64,000 nucleotides of DNA, taken from the NCBI GenBank assembly GCA_963662285.2, contig CAXXMV010000002.1, positions 800,001-864,000 on the forward strand. Reading direction: 5' to 3'. Of the stretch, positions 50,450 to 60,486 are shown in pieces (position 1 is the first letter of the stretch; each line of letters opens with the position of its first letter). Under the pieces are notes generated by a model. That model had not been told where the DNA came from. It searched no databases and worked only from the letters and a program-made list of their open reading frames with translations. The stretch is from a bacterium (GTDB lineage Bacteria > Hinthialibacterota > Hinthialibacteria > Hinthialibacterales > Hinthialibacteraceae). The translations under genes and the position numbers were made by a program.

Positions 50450-53023
50450 ATGATGGAAATTGATTTTCTACGCCATTATGGTTTTTCCTCATTAATGATA
50501 GATATTCTTGTTTCAGATTACGGCGAATATCTTCTCCCTTTGCAAGAGCGAATTATAAAAGATGGATGCCTGTTTGAAGGAAATAACCTTCTGGTATGCG
50601 CTCCAACCTCATCTGGCAAGACCTTTCTGGCAGAACTGCTTTTTCTGCATCATACGCTTAAAAATCGTAATACGATTCTGCTGGTTCCTACTAAAGCGCT
50701 GGCTAATCAACGTTTTAGAGAACTTAAAGAACGATATGAAAAGCATGGCTATCAGGTTCTCTTGTCAACCAGGGATCACCCTTTCCATGACAAACAAATT
50801 ACCGGAGGCCATTTCCATCTTGCCATCGTAATATATGAGAAGATGCGCACGTTTTTATCAAACAATAATGGGCTTCTGGCCATGGCGGGAGCATACATCG
50901 TCGATGAGATTCACTACCTGCATCATCCAACCAGAGGGCCTGACCTTGAGATTCTTCTAACCCGGCTGCGCGAGGAGCAATCGTTGCAAATATTAGGATT
51001 GTCGGCCATGCATTCCAGCCCTGAAATGTCCCGGTGGCTTGACGCCAGGATTATTGTGGACCAGAAACGTCCGGTAGATTTACGCCAGGGCGTTTTATGT
51101 AAGGGGCGGTTTTCTTATAAGGAATTTAATTCTGGAGAACAAGGCGTCGAACAGTTGTTTGATTCGGAAACCGATGATGAAGGGGAGGCCATGCTGGAAG
51201 CCGCCCGGTATTTCGCCGCCAAGGGAGAGACGACACTGCTCTTTTGGCCGCAACGCGACCAATGCTATACAGCTGCCAGAAAACTGGCTGCGCAATATGA
51301 ATGCGAAGAAGGCGTTGATTTCCCTGAACTTGATAACTTAGAACCGACCGCCATGCGGGATTTCCTGCTTGGTTTGCTGCCTCGAGGGATTGCGGTTCAT
51401 TCCAGCGATTTGTCAGCTCAAGAACGAAATCTGGTGGAGCGCCTGGCTAGAGACGGTAAATTAAGGCTGATTTGCGCTACCAGTACGCTGGCCGAAGGGA
51501 TTAATCTGCCAGTAGTTAATGTGCTAACTACCCGGCGTATGTATGCATCTCAACCGGGACGCTCCAAACAAAATTTAGCTCCAGCCTCTATACCTATCAG
51601 TAAAGATCGTTTGCTGAACATGATCGGACGGGCTGGACGGATGGGATTAAGTGATTTCGGAAGAGGCATCATCATCACTACCTTTCCCGGAGATGTGGAA
51701 GGCCTTCTGGCGGCTTATATGGACTCGCGACAAGTTGCTCTTCCTTCAATACTTAACCAGATTTCATTTGAGGAAATAGTTCTAAAAACGATGGGCTTTT
51801 GTGGATGCTTTACGGTGGAATCATGTAAGCAAACCTTGAATCAAACCTTATGCGGTCATTTGGGATTATTGCCTAAAGAATTGGATAATCTGCTAAACCA
51901 GACGTGCGAAGAACTCACCCAAAGAGGATTCCTTAATCTTGAATCAGAAAGGTTTTATCTGACTCCGCTGGGCGAGGCGATCACTAAGTCGGGATTATCA
52001 GAGCATTCAGCCCGACGGATCAATGATTATATTTTACTCAACATCTCAGAGGTTCCAGAGATATTGGATGTACTGGTATTGATTTGCGCTTTGCCGGAGA
52101 TGGGAGATATATTCATCCCGGTTTCGCGCAATGAAATTCAAGCGCATCGTTGGAGCCGGGCCATTACGCAAAAAACAGATGAATCAGCGATATGCGCCGG
52201 TTCTTATTTAGGTCAATTAATAGCGGAACCAGCCCGATTGCGTGCTGAGCATCATTCCGCTTTTAAGAAATCCCTGTTGCTTTGGGATTGGATTGCGGGA
52301 TATCCTGCGTCAGAATTGGAAAAGCGGTACGGCGTTTATTCTGGAACCATATACAGGATAAGTGAGGAATCCAGCTGGCTGCTGGGCTGTTTGAGTGATA
52401 TCGCGGCATCTCATGCGTTGCCAGAGCAGTGGACCGGCCGGATTACTACGCTCAGAGACCGCATACAGCAAGGTTTACCAGGCGAAAGCTTAGCGTGGGC
52501 GGATTATATCAGGCGAGGTGAATTATTACGTAGTAATGTATTAGCATTGATTGGGATGGGTTTCGAATCGCCGTCCAGGATCAGCCATAAAGACCGGGAG
52601 CAATTAGCATCCCTGCTTTCAGAGGATGCGCTTGATAAAATTATTCAACCGATAAATGAATCTCTTGGCAATGCTGATGAAAATCTTGCAGAAAAAACAG
52701 TTTTCCTGGTTGAAATTGATAAGAGGCAGCCTAAACGCATCCGCGTAAATGAAAAGGAAATAACCTTAACTCCACTGCAATACCGACTTATAAAAACTCT
52801 TGCCGGACAAACTGAATGTTGCGTCTCTTATGATATTATTCTTGAACAATTGTGGCCGGAGAGCATAGGTGATAGAAAACAAATATCACGGCAAAAAACG
52901 AATTTTATCAAAAAAATTGAAAAAACTTTGGGAATCCCTTGTTCAGATATTATAGAATCGGTTGCGGGAATGGGTCTGATATTACACGCTAAAGTAAATA
53001 TCATAGACACTCTAAGAGAATAA
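50450..53023 (+). CDS. Ski2/Hel308-like DExH helicase with C-terminal OmpR-type winged helix
   Basis: APTSSGKT, VDEIH, GLSA, ATSTLAEGINLP, NMIGRAGR; C-terminus ITLTPLQYRLI..LA.....VSYD.ILEQLWP...IESVAGMG. Confidence 0.85.
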   Translation: MMEIDFLRHYGFSSLMIDILVSDYGEYLLPLQERIIKDGCLFEGNNLLVCAPTSSGKTFLAELLFLHHTLKNRNTILLVPTKALANQRFRELKERYEKHGYQVLLSTRDHPFHDKQITGGHFHLAIVIYEKMRTFLSNNNGLLAMAGAYIVDEIHYLHHPTRGPDLEILLTRLREEQSLQILGLSAMHSSPEMSRWLDARIIVDQKRPVDLRQGVLCKGRFSYKEFNSGEQGVEQLFDSETDDEGEAMLEAARYFAAKGETTLLFWPQRDQCYTAARKLAAQYECEEGVDFPELDNLEPTAMRDFLLGLLPRGIAVHSSDLSAQERNLVERLARDGKLRLICATSTLAEGINLPVVNVLTTRRMYASQPGRSKQNLAPASIPISKDRLLNMIGRAGRMGLSDFGRGIIITTFPGDVEGLLAAYMDSRQVALPSILNQISFEEIVLKTMGFCGCFTVESCKQTLNQTLCGHLGLLPKELDNLLNQTCEELTQRGFLNLESERFYLTPLGEAITKSGLSEHSARRINDYILLNISEVPEILDVLVLICALPEMGDIFIPVSRNEIQAHRWSRAITQKTDESAICAGSYLGQLIAEPARLRAEHHSAFKKSLLLWDWIAGYPASELEKRYGVYSGTIYRISEESSWLLGCLSDIAASHALPEQWTGRITTLRDRIQQGLPGESLAWADYIRRGELLRSNVLALIGMGFESPSRISHKDREQLASLLSEDALDKIIQPINESLGNADENLAEKTVFLVEIDKRQPKRIRVNEKEITLTPLQYRLIKTLAGQTECCVSYDIILEQLWPESIGDRKQISRQKTNFIKKIEKTLGIPCSDIIESVAGMGLILHAKVNIIDTLRE

Positions 53024-54025
53024 ATTCCACGAGATCATTTTCAGGTTATCTTTCATACTGCAATTCAATCCAAATGCTATGCTCGGTTCAAATCCGGAGT
53101 GGATTTTACATGTAGCGCAACGGGGATCATTACCCGGTCCAAGCGAATCCCAATCGGTTTTATCCATCAATTCGTGAAATGTCTGGTAGTAGCCATCATC
53201 GAGAACATAGCAGGGCTTTTTCCAGCCATGAACCGTTCTGGTCGGGCTGCCCCAGGGAGAACAGGGTATCTCACGCAATCCTCTTAGAAATTCAATATAC
53301 AATGGAGAATTATCCAAGGGGTATTGTTTGGGATTGCCGTTTGCTCCGAATATCTCCTGGAAAATCGCTTCCAGTTTCGCTCTTTCCTTAAAACCGACGT
53401 CGCCCTTGGCGCCTTCCTGTGGATAAGCGCCGGAAATGAGGATTCCGTCAATATCAATTTGCTTCAGATAATCCATCATTTCAATGATTTCCTGCGGCTT
53501 TGATCCGTTAAATAAAGTAGTATTGGTTGCGACCCGGTATCCTCTTTTTTTCGCTTCTTCGATGGCTGCTGAAACCTGTTTGAAAGTCCCCGGACGGTCA
53601 ACCGCCCAATCATGCCCCTTTTCCATGCCATCAAGATGCACGCTCAAACATAGCCGGTTATGGGGAGGGATTTTGACCCAGAAACGATCCAGAAAAATAG
53701 CGTTTGTACAAAGATAAACGTACTTTTTCTTTTCGATTAACGCATTAATCAACTGGTCAACCGGCTTATAAACCAACGGCTCCCCGCCGCATACCGAGAC
53801 GATTGGCGTTCCGCATTCATCTACTGCGTCGAGGCATTGCTCCACCGTCAGATCAGCGACAGGATTGGCGTGATGGTCAGCGATACGCCCGCAACCTACG
53901 CAATTAAGGTTGCACCTCAAAGTAGGCTCCAACATTAAAACCAGGGGAAAACGCTTGTTTCTCGATATAAATTTACCAGCTAGATATTTGATGATTGTAC
54001 TATATAAAACAACGGGAAATCTCAC
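53012..54025 (-). CDS. hpnH: Hopanoid adenosylhopane-forming radical SAM enzyme
   Basis: RFPLVLMLEP..RCNL.C.GCG, GGEPL, C.PWG.P, PCY, DPRCATC..HSGFE; near shc. Confidence 0.9.
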   Translation of the reverse strand: MRFPVVLYSTIIKYLAGKFISRNKRFPLVLMLEPTLRCNLNCVGCGRIADHHANPVADLTVEQCLDAVDECGTPIVSVCGGEPLVYKPVDQLINALIEKKKYVYLCTNAIFLDRFWVKIPPHNRLCLSVHLDGMEKGHDWAVDRPGTFKQVSAAIEEAKKRGYRVATNTTLFNGSKPQEIIEMMDYLKQIDIDGILISGAYPQEGAKGDVGFKERAKLEAIFQEIFGANGNPKQYPLDNSPLYIEFLRGLREIPCSPWGSPTRTVHGWKKPCYVLDDGYYQTFHELMDKTDWDSLGPGNDPRCATCKIHSGFEPSIAFGLNCSMKDNLKMISWNLFS

Positions 54026-54084
54026 TCTTTATTCCTTTATACATATATTTAAGTTTTTAAAAATCATGATAATGCTTCCCCCAT

Positions 54085-54266
54085 GCGTAGGATGAGTCAA
54101 CGCTTCACCGACTCATCAAAGAACCACCTTCATCAAAGAACCACCTTCATCAAAAATCCACCCTACCCAACGCGTAGGATGGGTCACGCCTCACCGACCC
54201 ATCAAAAAACCACCCACTCGCTTCCAAGTCACCTCTCCCACCGGGAGAGGGCTAGGGTGAGGGGGC
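54085..54266 (+). repeat. REP cluster: two C2 copies, a 17-bp tandem and one family A copy
   Basis: GTAGGATGAGTC..GACTCATC; CATCAAAGAACCACCTT x2; GTAGGATGGGTC..GACCCATC; CCTCTCCCACCGGGAGAGGGCTAGGGTGAGGGG. Confidence 0.85.
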
Positions 54267-54388
54267 ATAGCAGAAATGTTATTATAGAAATTATAACAAC
54301 AGCGAAGCTTATCAAGAAGCATTACAGCATGGAAGTAAGCATGAAGAACACTATATCATGGATTAATAGTGCGGGGAATATCATAGTG

Positions 54389-54733
54389 TGGGGAGCATCG
54401 GCTTCTAGCCGGTGTGTCAAAGCAAGAAAAACTTTTCCCTCAAAACCACCTCCGTAGAGTCCCATCGGGATCACGGTTGATACATGAGTGGTTTTGATGG
54501 GACACGCTTCCAGGGTGGTTGAAATGGAAAGAATGGCAATTGCTTTGTCCCATCCTACTTCACTGGTTATTACCCAAAATCCCTCTCCCCCAAGTTGGGA
54601 GAGAATAAAAGAGGGGGTTGTTTCCTGAAACTCGATATTTTTCAATTAACTTTAGAATGATAATCTAACTGCCGTTTTTAAAATAAAGATAATCGAAGAG
54701 ATTGGCGCACCGGCTAGAAGCCGATGCTCCCCA
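54389..54733. repeat. 26-bp perfect inverted-repeat pair (REPIN/MITE-like)
   Basis: TGGGGAGCATCGGCTTCTAGCCGGTG at 54389-54414 and its reverse complement at 54708-54733. Confidence 0.85.
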
Positions 54734-54803
54734 TTTTCGATTTTCCCTGATTATAGGTAGAGTGTTTTTTTCAGTTTATCAGGGGTAGGTGCATGTTTCA
54801 ATT

Positions 54804-56762
54804 TCAGCCTTGGGCAAGCGATTTATATTTACCCAGCGCCATCAGGGGGAAATAATTCCGGTATCCTGTATAACGTAAATAAAAGACTCTGGGGAAGCCG
54901 GTGCCGGTGAATTCGTCTTCATCCCACCCGCCATCAGGTTTTTGGATTTCGGTCAAATAGGCGAAGCCCCGCTTGATTACCGGGTGGTCAATCTCAATAC
55001 CGCCAATCATTAATCCCATTAACGCCCAAGCCGTTTGAGAGGGGGTTGAAGGAGCTTTAGTATTATGCGCAGAAGCCTGATATGATTCACAGGATTCGCC
55101 CCAACCGCCATCGTCCTGCTGTTGATCCAGCAGCCACTTGACGCCCTTTTGGATGCAGGCATCTTTGGATGAAACGCCGATTGCCGCCAATCCAGTAATA
55201 ACCTGCCAGGTTCCATAAATGTAATTGACGCCCCACCGGCCATACCATGAACCATCCGGTTCCTGTTCTTTTCTTAGATATCTGATGGCCCGCGCTGCTG
55301 GTGAATATTTCTCATTGAAACCAAACTCGCCGAACATCTCCAGGATGCGGGCGGTTACGTCAGCCGTGCTGGGATCCAGCAGAGCATTATGATCCGCAAA
55401 AGGGATCATATTCAAAAGTTCTTTATTATTATCAACATCAAACGCGCCCCAGCCGCCATCGGAACTCTGCATTGATAAAAGCCAGTCAATGCCGCGCTGG
55501 ATGGCGCTAAGCCGACGGTTATCAAGCGGAATGCGTGGATCTTTGATCGCCATCAATACCATAGCTGTATCATCGGTATCGGCGTAATAATCATTATCAT
55601 ATTCAAAAGCCCATCCGCCAGCCGGGCCGTAGGGATTCTTGATCTGCCAGTCGCCCTTGATTTGAATCTCCTGATCCACCATCCATTCCACCGCCTGGGT
55701 AATAGCCGGGTGGTTTTTTGGCATACCAGAGCGTTGCAGAGCAGCCAACACCATAGCCGTATCCCATGTGGGAGAAAAACAGGGTTGAAACCAAAGCCGG
55801 TCTTCCTCTTCCACCATCAATTCCATAAATGCATTTAATGCTTGTTGGAATACCGAATCCTCGTGATCATATTTCAGGCAGTCGAGCGCGATGATCATAT
55901 TCATCATGGCCGGATAGATAGCGGCCAGACCACCGCCCCGCCGACTATGCTCCAGCATCCAGGCTTCAGCTTTTCTCAAGGCTTCACGGCGGGTAAAAGG
56001 TGAATAAAAGCGATCCGAGCGTTTCACAATCGCATCCATGGCATTGAAAAAAGTTTTCCATGATACGGTTTTACGAAATTTCTTATTATTTTCCTGTAAT
56101 GATTTCGGCAGCCACCATCCGCTGCAATCAACCGTAGAAGGAGGCGCTTTGATAGGGGTGTGAGACCATATAATGCTCAAAGGTACAACAATGGCGCGGG
56201 ACCATGAAGAAATCTCGTAAATATTAAAATAAAACGATGTCGGCAGGAACATCAATTCCGGCGGCATTGATACAATTTTATTCCACGGATATTGACCATA
56301 AAGACCAAGATAAAAACGGGTATAACTATTAACATTATCCAGTCCACCCAATCGAAGCAGACATTCTTCCGCCTTTTTCAAGGCTTGGTTGTCATTGGTC
56401 AACCCGGCTAGTTGCATGGCGAAAGCGCATTTTACCGTAGCGTTTAACTCGCTAGGGCCGCCATGATATATATTCCAGCCTCCGTCTTCCAGTTGAGTAT
56501 CCAAAATCCAACGGATAGCTTTCTTTTCCAGTTTAGGATCAACATGGCCGATATAATGCATAAGCATGATGTAATCCGCAACAAGGGTTGAATCAGCCTC
56601 TAAGGGAAAACACCAATAACCTGTTGATTGTTGGTTAGATAAAAAGAAAGTATGGCTGTTTTCTATAGCCTGTTCTATTGCTTGATCTAACGATTTAATT
56701 CGTTCTTGGGCAATATTATCAAGAGTTTTCTCTATTTCGACTTGCTTGGATTCCAAGACCAT
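54804..56762 (-). CDS. shc: Squalene-hopene cyclase
   Basis: DTDDTA catalytic motif; QW repeats (QLEDGGW, QSSDGGWGAFD, QEPDGSWYGRWG); GTGFPRVFYLRY. Confidence 0.97.
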   Translation of the reverse strand: MVLESKQVEIEKTLDNIAQERIKSLDQAIEQAIENSHTFFLSNQQSTGYWCFPLEADSTLVADYIMLMHYIGHVDPKLEKKAIRWILDTQLEDGGWNIYHGGPSELNATVKCAFAMQLAGLTNDNQALKKAEECLLRLGGLDNVNSYTRFYLGLYGQYPWNKIVSMPPELMFLPTSFYFNIYEISSWSRAIVVPLSIIWSHTPIKAPPSTVDCSGWWLPKSLQENNKKFRKTVSWKTFFNAMDAIVKRSDRFYSPFTRREALRKAEAWMLEHSRRGGGLAAIYPAMMNMIIALDCLKYDHEDSVFQQALNAFMELMVEEEDRLWFQPCFSPTWDTAMVLAALQRSGMPKNHPAITQAVEWMVDQEIQIKGDWQIKNPYGPAGGWAFEYDNDYYADTDDTAMVLMAIKDPRIPLDNRRLSAIQRGIDWLLSMQSSDGGWGAFDVDNNKELLNMIPFADHNALLDPSTADVTARILEMFGEFGFNEKYSPAARAIRYLRKEQEPDGSWYGRWGVNYIYGTWQVITGLAAIGVSSKDACIQKGVKWLLDQQQDDGGWGESCESYQASAHNTKAPSTPSQTAWALMGLMIGGIEIDHPVIKRGFAYLTEIQKPDGGWDEDEFTGTGFPRVFYLRYTGYRNYFPLMALGKYKSLAQG

Positions 56763-57079
56763 ATCGCTATTCGCTGTTCCTTAAACCGAAAATAATCTAG
56801 ATAATTTAATAGTAAAATACAATTTATGATACAAATGTATTCTATCAAGTGTAATCATTCAAGTCTTCTTATTTTTTTTGCAGGCGTATAAATCAAGAAA
56901 TCTACTCTCACCGCCGCCAGAAGCCATTTCTTTTACGTCTCTGCAACTTATACTGAACATTGAATTAACCATAATTCACTGTGAATTGCTATGGTAAATC
57001 CCTTTAACTCAACAATTCACTGCGCAGTGCAGCGCGTATAAAAGAGTAGTTAATTACCCCTTTTCCGGAGTCTGGCTAA

Positions 57080-57850
57080 ATGGCATCAGAAAAACGTTTT
57101 GGTTATGAATGGTCAAAATACCGCGAACTGAATCCTCTTTACGAAAACCAGTTCAAGCAATGGTTAGGCCCCGTTTCTCCTGAATTCATCAAAGGCAAAC
57201 GCATATTAGATGCCGGATGCGGTATGGGACGTAACAGTTATTGGTGCTTGAAATGGGGAGCGGATCAGGTTGTAGCCTTTGATAATGACGAACGCACTGT
57301 TGAGGCGGCGAGAGACACCCTGGCTGAATTCCCTAATGCAACCGTCGAGAAACAAAGCATTTACTCCATCCCCTACCAAAATGAATTCGACATAGTCTTC
57401 TCCATTGGAGTCGTTCAGTTATTGGAAAACCCAGCAGATGCGGTCGAGCAAATGATTGGCGCCTTGAAACCGGGCGGCATCCTGGCGCTTTGGCTTTACG
57501 CCAAAGAGGGCAATGGATTCGTATTAAATGTGATAGATCCCATACGCCGCTATTTCACCTCCAAACTCCCCCCCCGCGTGTTGGATTGCTTCACCTACTT
57601 GCTTTCGGCGCCGCTTTACGCCTACATCAAATTATTCCGCCCCAAGTCTGAGTATTATCAAACGCTGCGTCAGTTCCCTTTCAGAAACATCCACCTGATC
57701 ATATTCGATCACCTTCTTCCAACTGTGGCGTGGTATTTCACCAAAGAAGAGGCCTTGGATTTGATAAGTAAATTAGAAGACAAAACCGCTGACTATATCA
57801 ACAACAATAGCTGGACGGTTACGGGAATCAAACCGGCTGCGGATTCGTAA
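57080..57850 (+). CDS. Class I SAM-dependent methyltransferase
   Basis: ILDAGCGMGR, FDIVFSIGV, LKPGG. Confidence 0.9.
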   Translation: MASEKRFGYEWSKYRELNPLYENQFKQWLGPVSPEFIKGKRILDAGCGMGRNSYWCLKWGADQVVAFDNDERTVEAARDTLAEFPNATVEKQSIYSIPYQNEFDIVFSIGVVQLLENPADAVEQMIGALKPGGILALWLYAKEGNGFVLNVIDPIRRYFTSKLPPRVLDCFTYLLSAPLYAYIKLFRPKSEYYQTLRQFPFRNIHLIIFDHLLPTVAWYFTKEEALDLISKLEDKTADYINNNSWTVTGIKPAADS

Positions 57851-58040
57851 GCATCAGGCGCTTCAAATGACAGTTACTGAAAATCCGTCAAGCATTCCAG
57901 AACTCGTTACAGGCCGGAATCGGTTGCGCAGTAGTATTTCTCTGTATTAATGTTTTAGTGAACTACCAATTCTTTTATTGGAATAACCTTTTAAAGATCA
58001 ATCATCCAGATTAGCATCAAGAGTAGATATTGAGGAAAAG

Positions 58041-58784
58041 ATGATGGAACAAGTAGGCTGCGGACGGATATGGGGCGGCAATAAAAATACCGATCTCGAC
58101 TTATGCACCAATACGCTTGAAACCAGCGTTAGATCCATCGCCTGCAATAGCGGCAATGGGGGCGACTTTTATTACTACAGCGTTTGTGGAGAAGGTACGC
58201 TAAGCCGTATAATATTGGGCGACGTGGTCGGTCATGGCGACGAAGTAAGCCATATCAGCCGATGGGTCTATGATTTAATAAAGAAAAACATCAATAAACT
58301 CGAAGGCAACAACATACTCTCAGACTTGAATGATGAAATTCAAAAGCGTGGATTAGACGCCATGACTACGGCGGTGGTTATCGGGTACTACACCGGAGAT
58401 CATAATTTCTACTTTTCCTATGCAGGCCACTATCCGGCTTTGATTCGCAGAAAAGGTGAAAAAGAATGGTGGACCGCCTATATCGATGCGAATTATGATA
58501 ATCCAAACTTGCCGCTTGGCATCAGAAAAAACATACCCTACGACCAATGCCATATCCCTCTTTCGTCAGGAGACTGCATCTTCATCTACACTGACGGCAT
58601 CATAGAAGCGACCAATGCGGAAAACCAAATGTATAACGTCGAAAGCCTGATAGCCTGCCTGGACGCGATTCCGGAAAATGATCCCCAGATCATCAAAAAC
58701 GCAGTGTTCAATGATCTGAATAAATTCTGCAACGGACGCATGGAACACGATGACGTAACGGCTATCGTCGTCAAAATCCATTAG
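58041..58784 (+). CDS. Stand-alone SpoIIE/PP2C serine phosphatase
   Basis: GGDFY, LGDVVGHG, AGH, YTDGIIEA, DDVT. Confidence 0.9.
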   Translation: MMEQVGCGRIWGGNKNTDLDLCTNTLETSVRSIACNSGNGGDFYYYSVCGEGTLSRIILGDVVGHGDEVSHISRWVYDLIKKNINKLEGNNILSDLNDEIQKRGLDAMTTAVVIGYYTGDHNFYFSYAGHYPALIRRKGEKEWWTAYIDANYDNPNLPLGIRKNIPYDQCHIPLSSGDCIFIYTDGIIEATNAENQMYNVESLIACLDAIPENDPQIIKNAVFNDLNKFCNGRMEHDDVTAIVVKIH

Positions 58785-58812
58785 AGTGTTCAGCGTCAAT
58801 GCATACTGATAC

Positions 58813-58844
58813 GGGCGCCAAGGGCAGTGTATTTTCTGCCCTTG
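58813..58844 (+). repeat. Family D' palindrome
   Basis: GGGCGCCAAGGGCAGTGTATTTTCTGCCCTTG; core identical to copies at 23901 and 62208. Confidence 0.8.
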
Positions 58845-59050
58845 ATTGAGTCACTTCTTATTTCCAGAATTCCCACCTGTATTCAACGCGGAAGCCAGAA
58901 TCATAAAGTGATTTTATTTATCAATGTTGATCCTTCAAGGGCAGCGTTCTTTATACTTGTCTAAATTTCCGCAATAACGCTTTGCCTGTTTTTATTAAAG
59001 GCGGTATGATTTATACGGATAACATTTATCTCATCGAAAAGAGAAATCAG

Positions 59051-60037
59051 ATGAAACATAATTTACTCAATATTCTTTATGCTTTAGTAATCACAATGGC
59101 AATTTCCCTTGCTTCATACGCTGCGCCTATTCCGGTTATATTTGATACTGATATCGGCTCGGATATTGATGATACCTGGGCGCTGGCTTTATTGCTCAGT
59201 TCTCCAGAAGTGGATTTAAGAATGGTGCTTACTGATAGCCAGGATACTACTGCACGAGCCAAAATCGCAGCCAAATTTCTTGAACAAGTACGGCGCACGG
59301 ATGTTGCGGTGGGCATCGGCGTTAAAACTGAGAGTAAAAAAATCCCTCAAGCCAAATGGGCTGAAGAGTATGACCTAAGCAAGTATCAGGGCGCAGTGCA
59401 TCAAGACGGCATCCAGGCGGCGATTGATATTATCAAAAAAGCAACCGCAACGGTTCATTTGATTGTGGTCGGCCCCTGCCCCAACATTCCGGTCATGCTG
59501 CAACGCGATCCAACCATCGTCAAAAAAGTAAAGGTATTCGCCATGAGCGGCAGCGTGCGCAAAGGGTATAACAACCGTCCTTCGCCCAGTCCGGAATATA
59601 ATGTCCGCGAAGATGTACCGGCATCCCAGAAACTTTACACAGCGCCTTGGGATTTAACTATAACTCCACTCGATACCTGCGGGATTGTTTCAATAATAGA
59701 CCTGCAATATCAAGGGCTAATGCAAACGCAGAATAGACTTATCAAAACTCTCCTTGAAAACTATATAACCTGGGTCGAAGAAGGTAAGCACAAAATCGAT
59801 CCCAATAGCCGCAGCACTACCCTATTCGATACAGTGGCGGTCTATTTATCGATTGCCAATGATTTGTGCAAAATGGAAGACTTGCGATTAAGAGTTGACG
59901 AGAGAGGTTACACCATTATTGATAAGAGCAGCCCGGAAGCCCGTATAGTTCGTACTGCAACCGAGTGGAAAGATCTGCCCGCATATAAAGAATGGATAAT
60001 TAACCGGCTCCTGAAAGGAGTGGTTAATCCGCAATAG
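59051..60037 (+). CDS. Secreted inosine-uridine-preferring nucleoside hydrolase family protein
   Basis: Signal peptide; DTDIGSDIDD, GP.PN, EYNV..D, LFD. Confidence 0.85.
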   Translation: MKHNLLNILYALVITMAISLASYAAPIPVIFDTDIGSDIDDTWALALLLSSPEVDLRMVLTDSQDTTARAKIAAKFLEQVRRTDVAVGIGVKTESKKIPQAKWAEEYDLSKYQGAVHQDGIQAAIDIIKKATATVHLIVVGPCPNIPVMLQRDPTIVKKVKVFAMSGSVRKGYNNRPSPSPEYNVREDVPASQKLYTAPWDLTITPLDTCGIVSIIDLQYQGLMQTQNRLIKTLLENYITWVEEGKHKIDPNSRSTTLFDTVAVYLSIANDLCKMEDLRLRVDERGYTIIDKSSPEARIVRTATEWKDLPAYKEWIINRLLKGVVNPQ

Positions 60038-60084
60038 AGTAGTTGTCATAATAATGTTCTGGAGAGGGTTACATAAAAAATAAA

Positions 60085-60477
60085 ATGGATTCTGATCGTA
60101 CAAAAATCCTGGTTGTGGACGACGATGCGCAAATCAGGGATGTTTCCATTAATGTTTTTAAGATGCTTGGTTATGAAGCCTGTTCCGCCAAAGACGGAGC
60201 CGCCGCGATTGAATTATATAAACAGGCGATGGACGCCAACCAAAGTTTCGATGTCGTAATCATGGATTTAACTATACCTGGCGGTATGGGAGGCAAGGAA
60301 ACAATCATCGAGTTGAAAAAGATTAATCCGAAGGTAAAAGCGATCATATCAAGCGGTTCATCCTGCGATCCAACCATACTTGAATATAAGAAACATGGAT
60401 TCTGCGCCGCTATAAATAAACCATATAGAATTAAAGAGATAAAGCAAGTTCTTTTGCAAGTGCTTGAACAAGAATAA
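60085..60477 (+). CDS. Single-domain response regulator
   Basis: ILVVDDD, VIMDLTIPGGMGG, SSG, KPY. Confidence 0.92.
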   Translation: MDSDRTKILVVDDDAQIRDVSINVFKMLGYEACSAKDGAAAIELYKQAMDANQSFDVVIMDLTIPGGMGGKETIIELKKINPKVKAIISSGSSCDPTILEYKKHGFCAAINKPYRIKEIKQVLLQVLEQE

Positions 60478-60486
60478 GAGTTAGCG

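Noticed and set aside
54083-54645. ORFs 54083-54457 (+) and 54322-54645 (-) as hpnG or other genes
   Set aside because: They translate palindromic repeats (e.g. LSHRERARVRG) and show no nucleosidase motifs
59051-60037. Nucleoside hydrolase as a substitute for the missing HpnG
   Set aside because: It carries a signal peptide, is on the opposite strand and is separated from shc by unrelated genes; proximity is the only support
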